The translations under genes were made by a program, and so were the position numbers. Source: Lingula anatina (taxonomy: Eukaryota; Animalia; Brachiopoda). Taken from it: 64,000 bases of DNA. Each line of letters starts with the position of its first letter. Within the stretch, counting starts at the first letter, position 1. Below, one piece after another: positions 23,850-37,200 of the stretch. Below the pieces are notes generated by a model. The model was not told the DNA's origin. It did not search any database and was given only the letters and a program-made list of their open reading frames with translations. The DNA lies in the NCBI GenBank assembly GCA_051362555.1, contig CM120645.1:22444001-22508000 (forward strand), given 5' to 3'.

Positions 23850-26800
23850 CTATACAAAAGTACTTTTTGCTCCTCGAATACCAACTTTTTCTGCAAAGTG
23901 GTCCAATAAACTAGTGAGTCCCCCTGAAGGGTCTGGTCCATTCTTAAAGCCTATAGTCACACTGTACACATTGTGGAATATTTTCCTCACTCTGTCCAGT
24001 TTTTGCATTCTTGGGGTGCCTTCATTGGATTCTGTCATCTCGGTGATCTCCGCACACCTGTGAAAGGAGCAAAAAATAAATAAAAAATGAACCATGCGAA
24101 AAACTTTCACGATGCACATTTCTTACCAGTCCAGCTATAAACAAATGACTTGTAGACTAAAATGACTTAAGTTCCAAATATACATTATGTTTGACTTCTT
24201 GGTATTATTCAGAGAAATCCACCACAAGTTATATAACGAATGAATTGAGTAAATTTACAAAAGAACATTCCTGTAGAAATCTGTCCGAATGTTGAATATC
24301 AAATGAAATAATATAAATATATATGAAAAAGGTACAATGAATCGATACTAAACAGACAGAGAGGCACCCACCAACTTGTCCTGCTGTCCATACTGATATT
24401 GTGATCAGAACCTGATGCCTTGGGAGAGTCCCTGAAGGTGGCCGCATCCTTGAGACTTCCTGTGGCCGAGATCACTTGCCAACTGAAAATAGTGGGTGTA
24501 TATACAAGTAAACTATGTATTCTGACAAGAAAGAAAGATGTGTAAAAAAATTTATGTAGTCTAATTAAAAAAAGAGATATAAGTTTGAAATTTATACTGT
24601 TTGTTAACGGAAAAAATATCTTTAAATGGTAGGAGAGATGCTACTTAAATTTGCAAAAAAAGCATTGTTGAAACTGAAGTAAAAATTTTCTATAAAATAT
24701 TTAAACAGTTTGATAATATATTGATATACTTAAGGAAAATTTAAGAAAACAATGATTGTATAAAATACCCCATAACTAACTTACTGCATTACACCTTGAG
24801 AGGCTTCAACCTGAAGAATTCAGTAACAAACACATCCACTCATCCATATACAGAAACAGTTCTTACCTTCCACAAGCTGGTGAATTGGCAGCCTCAGCTA
24901 AACTTTTCTCTCGTAGTCTGCTCCCGCTTGGCACTGGGACTGCCGTGGTACTCGCCGTGTACGCCACGCCATGGTAACTGCCTGGTGTGCTACTGGAAGA
25001 CTCGGAGCTCACCTGGTGACGACTAGTGGGCGATTTTCTGTGAAAACTGACTGAGGGCACGCCACTGCTGGGAATATGCAAGAGATTGGAATATAATAAA
25101 AACTTTGTCAAAATGTCAGCAAAGAATGACAAATGTATCATATATTTATCAGCGACAAAGCACTCATAGAGCATTTCTTGTCTGCATACGTATCTTTTCT
25201 TGAAAAGGTCGCAGTGCATTAAGCACTAGTCTAATACAGCAATATACTTCAACTGATAGCAACCAACTTCTATGACAAAGCTAAGAAATGCAAAGCAAGC
25301 ACACTGAGAGCCATTTTTTGTAAATATACTCGTTTACCTGTCTGACATACTTATACATGCCTTTTGTCTTCATTTCAATAAATTACAACTATATTTTTCA
25401 GTGTAAATCATACATAAACAAACCATCAGTCACCCATAAAATGCCCAGGTAACATCCCTCACCTGCTCTGTATGAAGGAGTCTTCCTCTGGACTCCCAGC
25501 TGTAAAGAACATTGGTGCATTGTCCACACTACTCCTATTGCTAGTGATACTGCTAACACTGTTAATACTGGTGGTACTGCCACACCGACCATAACGGATT
25601 GTGGTGTCAGAGGCATCTGGAATATGGCAGATATATTGTATATTCTTAATGATCTAAATAAGTAAATAAGTAAGCATACTGTACATAGCATTATTAAAAG
25701 GTGTAAAATATTGCACAGAGAAGAAAGGGATCATTTTAAATGATTAAATTATTATTTCTGGAGAAAGAGCTCAACATTATTTTCTTACAAGATACAATAC
25801 ATTAAAGATGTATTCCTCAACAGAGAATTGTAAAAAAAAAGAACTTGAATTCTTTATTCTTCTACATTTCTTTTGAGTGCAATTTACTTAGAATGGACCT
25901 CTTTCAAGCAGCACCGAGAACTAAAATGACAGATTTGAACTTTGCATACTATCCAACCTGACAAAATGACTTCATTACATGTGACATTCTGCAGCATGAT
26001 GGAGTCTGCCTGTGATACCATATTTATGGCATTAGTTCAATTACATCTAGCTCCAGACCAGATCAGAATTCTCTTTTTCAGTCTCTTACCTAATAGAACC
26101 CCTTCAATATTGCACTCAGAATCTGCCCTACTCACTGCCCTAGACCTAGGCCTGAAATAATGGAAATCATATATTTACTGCATAACAATCTCATAAGCTT
26201 CATTCACTCATACTGTTATTCAGTCAGCAATGTTTACACTCCTTATTCTTTTATTCCTATGGAAGAACATAAAAAGTGTTAATTTGTGAAAAAAAATATT
26301 TAAAACATGAGAGATTAACTTTTGTCATATATGTTTATTTACATACTAAACCATACACTTGGACATGATCTTATAAACATATATGATTATAATAGAGAAA
26401 ATGCTAATTGTTACAATAAGGCAAATGATCAACTCACTTTTTTGCTAAAGAAAATTCTTCTGACTGGATATACCCCAAGAAATAAAAACAAAAGAATAAA
26501 ATCTGAAAGAGAAAAGACAACATTATCAACTTCGATCAATAGAGATCAAATCATATATAAGTCTTAAGTATTATACAAGTGTTTATATCAATGTGTGATA
26601 TATACAATTTATAATGCCTTCAAGTTGTGTATTACAAGACATTCAATGAGTAAAAAATCTGAGAATTCCCATCAATCATTGATAAATGTAGCAGATCCTG
26701 GTCATCTTAGACCTCACTAAAATAACACGGTGAGCAGAGTGGGTGGACTCTGACCAATATACAGTGATATCTACCTCTTCTCCTCTGGCCAGTCTGTCAG

Positions 26801-28697
26801 GCAGGTTGTGACTGAAATAAAGACAGGGGAACTATAATTAATAACTATCCATCAAAAAATATGCATTTATGTAACAGACAAGTATCAAACTCTTCCCAGA
26901 GGGACATTAGTCAGTATTAAATTTTTAGTCCACTTTAATCTGTGAATGAAAAGTGGATAATATAAACTTTAATATAAAAGCTATTACTAGCTTAATTACG
27001 TACCCAAACAAATACCAGTCATAGGCCACTGTTAGGTAGAGTATTTCCATTGCACTAAGAGAGGAATGCACCAGACCATCTGCCCATAGAGACAGGCGGA
27101 GTAGAGATACAAACAGAGGGGTGCGGTCCCACCCTGATATACAGTGGACCAGGACACCACCCTCTACTGAAATATATAAATAATTTTGATAAACCCCTTT
27201 CTCAGATAAAAACGCATTTAAATTTAAGATACATAAACAAAATTATTCCACATATTTTTCCAATAATTACTTGTTTCCATAATCAATACTTACACACACA
27301 CATACACAGTTGTATTATAAGTCATCCCACTACTGCAATAAAACAGCCTAAAGGACCAGTCTGAATAAAGACTTCTGTAAGTAACTATATGACTAACTCA
27401 CTGTTGCTGAAAAAGTAGTAATACATTTACTTAAAACTTTACAGCATTTACCTTCTTTAACATAATGTAATAAGAGCTTCAGGTAGCTTCTTGTTAACAT
27501 TATTAGGTCCCATTTCTGAAAGAAAAATTAAATATTTTCATAAACAATTATTCCCACAGCCATCAATCAATTATACATTTACATGTGGAAAATCTAAAGC
27601 AATGTGGAAAGTCTTATCCACAAAACTTGAAATACTAATGATACAAACAATCAAAACAGTAGGGCAAATTCATATTTCAAGAAGAACATAAATCATCACC
27701 ATGAAATATTAGCTACAATCAAACAAAGTCTCTTCAAGATGAAAATTTAGCTAATTTGTTCATTAAAAACAAGTGCTGGTTCAAACAGTCCAAATATTAC
27801 TAACTAGTGGTCTTACTTTGTAATTATGCCAGTCTAGAGAACCCAGCTGTGGAGATATGCAGCCCATTGGGATGTCGAGGTGAGCATCTACAAAACTCTG
27901 TCCCCAGTCAAATATTAAATCCTCAGCTGAGTAATTGTGCTCTCTCCAGTCGTGGAAAAATTCACAGCCTGCAGTTCACCAAACGTGTATTTAATTTTAA
28001 ATTATAAGTTTTTTTGTGAATTCTACAAACTGTTCTAAAAGGTAGGCATGTGTTACATATTTTCTTATGATGCAAATAAGAGATAACTTATAAAATATAA
28101 ATTAAAATATATTAATAACCCTTTCAGTGTTAAGTCCTTTTTCTTTCACATAAATAGTATTCTATTTGCTCATTTTTTATTACCTGGGTAGGTACTGGGT
28201 CAGGTGTACCATTTTTTTTCTACTTATGTTCACATTATTTTCATTCATTTTTGCCCTTGTTTTTATGCATTCATTTACTGCATTCATTCATTTCTTTATT
28301 CATTCACTTAATCACTTACCTATTCATCTATTTAATATACATTAACTTACCTGGATAGGGTAGTGAAACTATCTTAAAATCTGCATATCTTTTTTCTTTG
28401 TCCACTTTTTCTGAAGATGTGATACTAAAAAAGGGAAACAGAATTTTTAAACAACATAATGAGTCAAATATTCAAGATGTTTTTAAAGTTTTAAAGTAAA
28501 TAAAGTTTTAAATTCTAAATCTGCATTTCAACTTGTGCTATAAATAACTGCTACAGAATGTCTTTATAAATTCTAATTTCTTCTTTTGCATTTTAATACA
28601 AAACGAAAGCAAGTTATTAACTTGAAAGAGAACAACAGAATCGTCATTTATCAAAATGTTTCTCCATTTCACCTGAGAAAATTCCATTCAATTTGCC

Positions 28698-28748
<51 letters not shown>

Positions 28749-31153
28749 CCCATACCTCATTCCAAACTTTTGTTTCTTCTTCTCCACCATCAGATCACAG
28801 ATATGGGAAACTTTCAGCATTTTCAATAGCCTGATATCCTGACCCCTGGTCTTGTTAAACAACTGCCAGTCACTGGAACCAGAACAATGAAAATATCTCC
28901 TTTATTCTTTCTCTCTCTCTCTTTCTCACACACACACACACAGCACAGCAAAGCAGTGCAGCTATACCATCATGCAGAAGAGGTAACTTTGGTTATATTT
29001 TATTAAAAGAGATTCTATTAATTGCAAATACTGAGAAATTTCATTCATGTAGTTTTTTAAACAGAACTTAACACAAACCATTCATATTCAGCAAAAAAAC
29101 AGAGAAAATAAAAATATTTCTTTTTTTTTTCAACAGCAGTAAAATGCAACCTACTTCATCATGTCTTTAAATGATTCTAATTTCTTTCAGGGAACAATGG
29201 TATTTTGAATGACTTAGTTCTTGGCTGTACACAATGAAAAATGTGTGCAGTCTTGTGTAAGCCCCATGCTTTACCTTCCATCGCGACTCTCTGTATTGGG
29301 AATACATTCCTCAACCTCCTCAGGAATACGCTCGCCACCTACAACATGAACAGAATAAACATTACTAGAAAACCACTTAGAGAGTGCAGACCTCTGCCAA
29401 TACAACTTATTTCTCATTATTAAATTATTCATGCATCAGCACCAAAATCTAATCATTTTGGAGCCCATTCTTGACCTATCCTGAAAATATAATCATACTC
29501 CATCCATTTTCTTTTTTTTTTTTTTTTTTTTGAGCAAGGAAAAACAGACTACAAAAGATGAGAAACTCCATCAGTTAAAAAATATCAACTGTCATCCTCA
29601 GGAGAAATTCCAAGAATTGCTGTAATTTCCTTTGCATTTTACTGTTTAATCAATTCCTGCAGCTTAATAGTCTACCTAATGGTATAGAGACAGACAGAAG
29701 CTATATGGAAAGACAACATTAAAGAGTGGACAGACAAGTGCTTTTTCCAGACCCAGGCATTGGCACACCAAGGCATAAGGAACAGAAAAGCTAATTTAGT
29801 ATGTGGAGTTTCATCATAGCTTCTCCATGATTCCAAGCCAGTGAGAGAGAGAGAGAGAGAGAGAGTCTACCTGTCATGAAGGCATCAAAGAAAGCTCTGC
29901 CGTAGATCTCGGCTCCTCCTGATATCGTGGCTGATCGACACACAGTCTAAAAGCAAAATGATCAATGCTCTTACTTCTGCTACATGTCATTACATTTAGT
30001 AGTTTTGCTTACAAACAAGAATCAAGTGGTTCATTTCGTTGACAAACTGAAATCATGTGTTGTCTGAATATAAAAGGCCTTCAACAATATTCAGGTGAAA
30101 AAGTGTATTATTTTCTTTTAAATTAACTGTTATTTATATACTGTCTTTTGTTCTGAATCTAGCTCAATATCTTGATAGTCTTAACTTTCAAACCCAAATG
30201 ACTACAATAAATCTCATTTCAATTGCTAGGTGTAACATCATTCATGTGACCACAGACACCTACTTTTCCCTGATAAAGTATGACTGGGGCCACAAATCTC
30301 CCCCTGCATCTGGCAAACCTTGTCTTCATGAACAATTCTCTCATCTTAGGGAGGTCGTAAATACTCTGTACACTAAAAGAACAGGACAGCATGTCAATTA
30401 TACAATAATTAATAAACATCTGCAGAAGATAAACTGTTGCTTCAAATTAATATCAGTTATCAGCATCTTCTTTTCAAGGTGATATAATATTTAAAATATG
30501 GTACATAATTCAGGGGCGTATTTATGCCGTCTTCTGGGTCTTCCGGAAGACAGTCAGATTTTCAAGTTTACATTGACGGGTATCTAATTTTTTATCTGCC
30601 GGCAGACGGTCAAAATGGAGGATGGATCAACAACGATAATTTGGAAGACTGTCAGAAAATAGCTCTGTATCCGCCCCTGTAATTTCCCAGACATGTAAAA
30701 AATTATTTCAAGGAGAGTTCCTTTTCCTTTTTCAAACTGTCCATGTGCCCAAACTTGAGAAGTGGTTTAGAACATTGTTTTAAATTTTGATTCAGAGAGG
30801 ACCCTTCCTGGCTAAAAGGGCAGTTATTTCAAACCCTGCCCCTATTCCAATTAAGGGCCGTTTCCCCCAAAACTTAAATTAACCTATACTAGGTATATAT
30901 TATACTCTTTTGGCAATCATAGCAATACAGGACATTACTCCACACATTTACAACAAAATAGTCACTTCTTAACTTGTAACTACATTGTACAGTAGCTGTC
31001 CTGTGATAATGTAAAACATACAAGCAACTTTAAATGGAGAGATAACTTACTTGTCTTGTCTCTGGTCCTCCTCCTTACTTCTCTCATACTCCAGGAGGAC
31101 TAATTTGGCAGGATAGTGACTGCATAGGTCACCTGTGTTGTTTATCACCTTAT

Positions 31154-31229
<76 letters not shown>

Positions 31230-34200
31230 CAACAACAACAAAGAATCTTTATTTTGAAGAAGTGTTTGATTTGGGGAATTTCCAATAAGAAAATGAATAT
31301 ACAGCCATCAAATCAAATCTCTTTTAGGGAAGAAATAGCTTTCACCATAATTTATTACTCTGACTCAGTCCACTGCAGCAGTATCACATACTATCAATAT
31401 CAATTATCTATCTCTTACATTACAATTGCTGTATATAAATTGTAAGTTGAATACAAAAAAGATGGATAGTAATCATCATCATATCAACAATATCAATTTT
31501 AATTTTCATAGTATGACTATGTGTAACTGACAAGTAGCTATTTTTAGACATAGTAGTGTCTTGAACATAATTGTATAATCGGTGTTGATTGTATTTAGTT
31601 TTTGCCGGCACGTGTTTGTTAGACAAGTCAGATTCTCGCAACGAGTTTCACGTTGATTCAGATGAAAGTTGTTACCAGTTGTTTCCAGTTGAAAGTTGAT
31701 GAAAGTTGATGTAAGTTGACATAAGTTGATGTTAGACAATAAACAGTACCATTTGTTACCAGTTGATGTTATATATCGTTGACAATTGAATAAAATTGGA
31801 CTGACACCCGCAACAGTGAAACTCGAGAGATCTAAAGGTCAAAGGTCAAAATGGACGTGCAACAAAAAATTGAAGACATAGAAACTGCCAGTTTATTTAG
31901 CAGTTTGAGCACGAGCTCAACTGAAGCTCGCTTGAAAGCGAAGGCAAAACGGATGGCCATTGAGGCAGAATTGGCATCTTTTGAAGTGAAGAAACATTTG
32001 GACGAACAGGAATTGAAATTGAAACAACAAAGGGAGAAACTCAAGTTGGACACTGAAAGAGCAAAATTGTTAGCAGAGGAAACTGCGTATGCTGAAGCTG
32101 AGATGGAGACCAGTGCCCCAATTTCATCTACGAAACTGGACATTCAGGTAAATTCCACCAACTTGACTCAAAACCAGAGTAGTCATGATGTGATTCATCA
32201 TTTAGTGAACTCTATACAAATTCCTAAAGTTGAAATAGACAAATTTGACGGAGATCCTCTTCAGTATTGGAATTTTATCAAAACTTTTGAAAATAGTGTG
32301 GAGAAAGAAACTGTGGACAGCGGCGCAAGATTAATTCGTTTGCTTCATTATACCAGTGGAAAAGCTCATGGTGTAATTCAGTGTTGTGCTGTAATGAACC
32401 CTGAAGATGGATATAAAAAGGCTAAAGCATTGCTTAAGGAAAGATTTGGTTCAGCCTACACTATTACAGAGACATGGGTTAAGAAAATCACGACAGGCCC
32501 AGCCATAAAGGCAAATGATGTTACAAAATTGAGGGATTATGCCGACGAGTTAAGAACATGTGCTGAAACGCTTGAAACAATGGGAAATTCCTCAGAGTTG
32601 AGCACACAAAGCTCACTGGTCAAAATCATTGAACGTCTCCCTGGTTATTTGCAGCACAAATGGAAACAAGAAGTACGTAAGATAAGAAAGGAAGAAAGGT
32701 GCCCAGATATTAAAGATGTCACTGCATTTGTTGTTGAAAATGCAGAAATAGCAAATGATCCAGTGTATGGTGGCCTAGCACATGTGAAAAGGAGTGACAG
32801 TCGCAGTGATTCACAGAGGCGACCCAACAACCGATGGAGTTACAGTATTACAGCTACCAGTTCACAGCCTAATGGTGACACCAGTTCACAGCCTAATGGT
32901 GACACAAGAAAATCTATTCAGTCACCATGCATTAAGTGTGGCAGCAGTCATTCATTATTTGGGTGTACAGAATTCAAAGCCATGAAATTGCCTGAGAGAC
33001 TCAAATTTGCCAATGACAACAAACTGTGTTACAACTGTTTAAAGCCAGGACATTTCTCTGAGATGTGTAGATTACAACGTACGTGCTCAGTGCAAGGGTG
33101 CAATCAAAAACACACTAAATTCTTGCACCAGGTGAAGCCAACTGTTACAAGGGAACCAGTTCATGAAGATTTATCTCACATTCAGACAGGGCTTAACACT
33201 TCTCTCAGTGCTGTAAATGAAGTTTCGTATGGAGCTCATGGGACCAGAAAGGAAAGTGGTATGCGAATTGCCTTGCCAATAGTACCAGTGAAAGTGAAAG
33301 TTCCAGGAAAAGCACAGTTTGTGCACACCTATGCGTTGCTGGACTCGGGATCCACCAGTACGTTTTGCTCAGAAGAGTTGAAGCAGTCTATTGGTGCACA
33401 GGGTGAAAATACAGTGTTAAAGCTTACGACCTTAGAAAAGGAACAAAGTGTCTCAGAGACTGTAGTGATCAGTTTACAGATTTCTGATTTAGAAGACAAA
33501 AATGTGATTGATTTGCCAGTTGTGTATACAAGACCATCATTACCTGTAAACATGGAAAACATGGGTCGTGCAGAGGACATCAGAAAGTGGAGTCACTTAC
33601 AAGATGTGAATTTTCCAGAAATAGATCACATGAATGCCAAGGTGAGCATAATAATTGGACAAGACAATCCAGAGGTGCTTATGCCTATTGATGTGAAGAG
33701 AGGTCAAAGTCCAAATGAGCCATATGCGACAAAAACTGTGTTGGGCTGGACATTAAATGGACCGCTTGGTGGCAAGCGTAGACATGTTGCCACGGCAACA
33801 TTTATTCAGGCAGATCGTGAGCTGAATGAGCAATTGGAGCAGTTTTGGAAAATAGAAGGCCATGGAACATTGATATCTGATAAAAAGGGTTTATCAATTG
33901 AAGACAAGCGGGTCCTCGCTTTATGGGAAGATAAGATTCAACATGACGAGCATTACAGTTTGCCGATACCATTTAAAGACAGGCAGCCTCATTTTCCGCC
34001 AAACAAGCAGATGGCCGAGCAACGCCTAGACAGCTTAAAGCGAAGATTGTCACATGATCCCAACTTACATCAAGCGTACACAGAATTCATGGAGGACTTA
34101 ATTGACAAAGGTTATGCAGAACAAGTCAGCCCTGAGGAAGTTGACAAAGAAGACGGCAGGGTATGGTACCTACCCCACCATAATGTTGTGAACCTCAAAA

Positions 34201-37200
34201 AACCAGACAAAGTAAGGGTAGTATTTGACTGTAAAGCTAGCCATCAGGGTGTCTCATTGAATAGTCAAGTTCTACAGGGGCCAGACATTGTGAATTCTTT
34301 ATTAGGCGTATTGTTACGCTTTAGACAGCACCCCATAGCCATCATGTCTGACATAGAAGCCATGTATCATCAAGTGAAGGTACCAGAAGTGCAGAGAGAT
34401 TCTCTTCGTTTTTTATGGTGGCCTAAAGGAGATCTGGAAGGAGAACAGAAAGTTTATCGAATGACAGTACATTTGTTTGGTGGCAGATGGAGTCCCAGTT
34501 GCTGTAATTTTGCATTGCAACGCACAGCAGAAGACAACAAAGGTCATTACGACACAGAAGTAGTCAATACTGTTTTACAGAATTTCTATGTAGATGACTG
34601 TTTAAAGTCAGTAATGAGTGAAACAGAGGCAATCACCATGGTCAGTCAATTACAGAGTCTGCTGCAAACAGGAGGTTTTCACCTGACGAAGTGGATTAGC
34701 AACAGCAGACAGGTGTTATCCAAGATACCAGACATAGACAAAGCCAAGCCTATTAAGAATCTTGATTTGAATTTACAGGCCTTGCCGACAGAGCGTGCTC
34801 TTGGTGTTTGCTGGGACATAGAAGTGGACAGCTTCACCTATAAAATGGATCTTGAGAAGAAACCACTGACCAAGAGAGGCCTTTTAAGTGTCATCAGTTC
34901 TATTTATGACCCCCTGGGCTTTATTTCTCCCTTCACTATCAGAGCGAAGAAGATGTTACAAGATTTAACACGTGATAAGATAGGTTGGGATGAAGCTGTG
35001 CCTTATAAAACCCAGGTAGAGTGGTCAGGTTGGAAGAACAGCTTGCCCAAGATGAAAGAAATGAAAGTACCAAGATGTGTACAGCCAGTACAGCCTGAGA
35101 ATATTGCCAGCATTCAGTTACACCATTTTTCTGATGCGTCTACCATGGCATATGGTGTTGTAAGTTACCTCCGTGTACAGGACATCTCAGGTCAGATACA
35201 TACTTCATTGTTGATGTCAAAGGCTCGGTTGGCACCGATCAAGCAGCTTACAATTCCGCGCCTCGAGCTTACAGCAGCTACTATGGCAGTTAGATTAGAT
35301 TACATGATACGACAGGAACTCACTTTTCCTGTGGACAGTTCAATATTTTGGACAGACAGCACGTGTACTTTGAGTTACATTCAAAGTGAAGATAAACGAT
35401 TTCAAACATACGTTGAAAACAGAGTCTCTGTCATCAGAGAAGGTTCAATTCCGTCACAGTGGCACTACATCGATTCAAAGAGGAACCCAGCTGACGATTG
35501 CACAAGGGGACTCACTGCCCATGAAATGGTTAACAGTGTCAGATGGATTGAAGGACCAGAATTTCTTAAGCAGAGTGAGTGCCACTGGCCAGAAACTCCA
35601 GATGTTAAGGGAGTGTCAGATGAAGATAAAGAGTTAAAGAGACCCAAGACATGTCTAGCACAAAGAAGTGAGTCAGTACAAGAATCAGTGATAGATAAGA
35701 TTCTAAAACGCCGATCTTCATGGAAAAAGCTGAAGAAAGATGTTGCTGTGATACTACGCTTCAAACAGTGGTTAATAGCAAGACATAGAAGAGAAAAGGT
35801 GAATGTACCCACAGGTCCACTTTCAGTGGAAGAAACAGAAAAGGCAGAGTTAGAAATCTTGAAGTATATCCAAGGGCAACACTTTGGGAAAGAGCTCTCA
35901 GAAATTAATCGAGCTGCGAACAGTCAGAGTGGTGTTAAACGTGCAAGTAAGTTGTTTAAGCTTGCACCAGTGATGCATTCTTCAGGTGTGTTAGTAGTTG
36001 GTGGTAGATTGAACAATTCAGCTATTTCAGAAGGGATAAAAAATCCAGTGATTTTACCACAGCACCATGTTGTAGATTTGATTATTGACGAGCAACACAA
36101 AGCCTTAGGACATAGTGGACGGGAATATGTGCTTTCTGAATTGAGACAGAAGTATTGGATTATAGGAGCGAGGAAATCCATTCGCAGAGTGATCAGCAAG
36201 TGTGTCAAATGTAAGCGAAACAATGCATTACCATGTCAGCAAAGAATGGCTGATTTGCCAACAGCTAGAGTTACACCCAATGAACCATGTTTTACTTATG
36301 TGGGTGTGGACTATTTTGGTCCATTTTTGATTAAACGTGGAAGGTCAGAGGTTAAGAGGTATGGGTGTTTATTTTCATGTTTAGCATCAAGAGCAGTGCA
36401 TATTGAAATAGCGCAATCACTAGATACTTCATCATTTATTAATGCCCTGCAGCGTTTCATCAGTAGACGTGGAAAACCCAAGAAAATATTTTCAGACAAT
36501 GGAACTAACTTTGTTGGTGCAGAGCGTGAATTGAAGGCAGCTGTCACAGAATGGAATCAGAGTAAGATACATGATTATTTACACCAGAACCACATAGATT
36601 GGCATTTTAACCCACCTAGTGCTTCACATATGGGTGGTGTATGGGAAAGATCCATCAGAACTGTTAGAAAAGTATTAAGAGGTGTTGTGACAGAACAGGT
36701 TTTAGATGATGAGAATCTTGTCACTTTAATGTGTATTGTGGAAGCAATTGTGAATGGACGTCCGTTGACACCGGTGTCCAGTGATCCCAATGATTTGGAA
36801 GCGTTGACCCCAAACCACTTGTTATTGTTACGTTCTGGGTCTGTGCTCCCACCAGGTGATTTTGACAAGACAGACACATATAGCAAACGCAGATGGAGGC
36901 AGGTTCAGTATTTGGCAAACATTTTCTGGTGCAGGTGGATAAAAGAATACTTACCTACCTTGCAAAGTCGTCAAAAGTGGTTGGAGCCAAAGCGAAATTT
37001 GAATATTGGTGATATTGTGTTAGTGATTGATGAAGATGTTCCTAGAAATGTGTGGCCAATTGCTAGAGTGATAAATACTTACCCAGGAAAGGATGGACTT
37101 GTTCGCACAGTTCAGATTAAGACTAGGAATTCTATATTGATGCGACCAATACATAAACTGTGCTTGTTAGAGGAAGCGCAATAACTGAACAATCATTATA

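Noticed and set aside
31832-36918. Antisense and alternate-frame ORFs over gag-pol
   Set aside because: Shadow ORFs of the long coding sequence.
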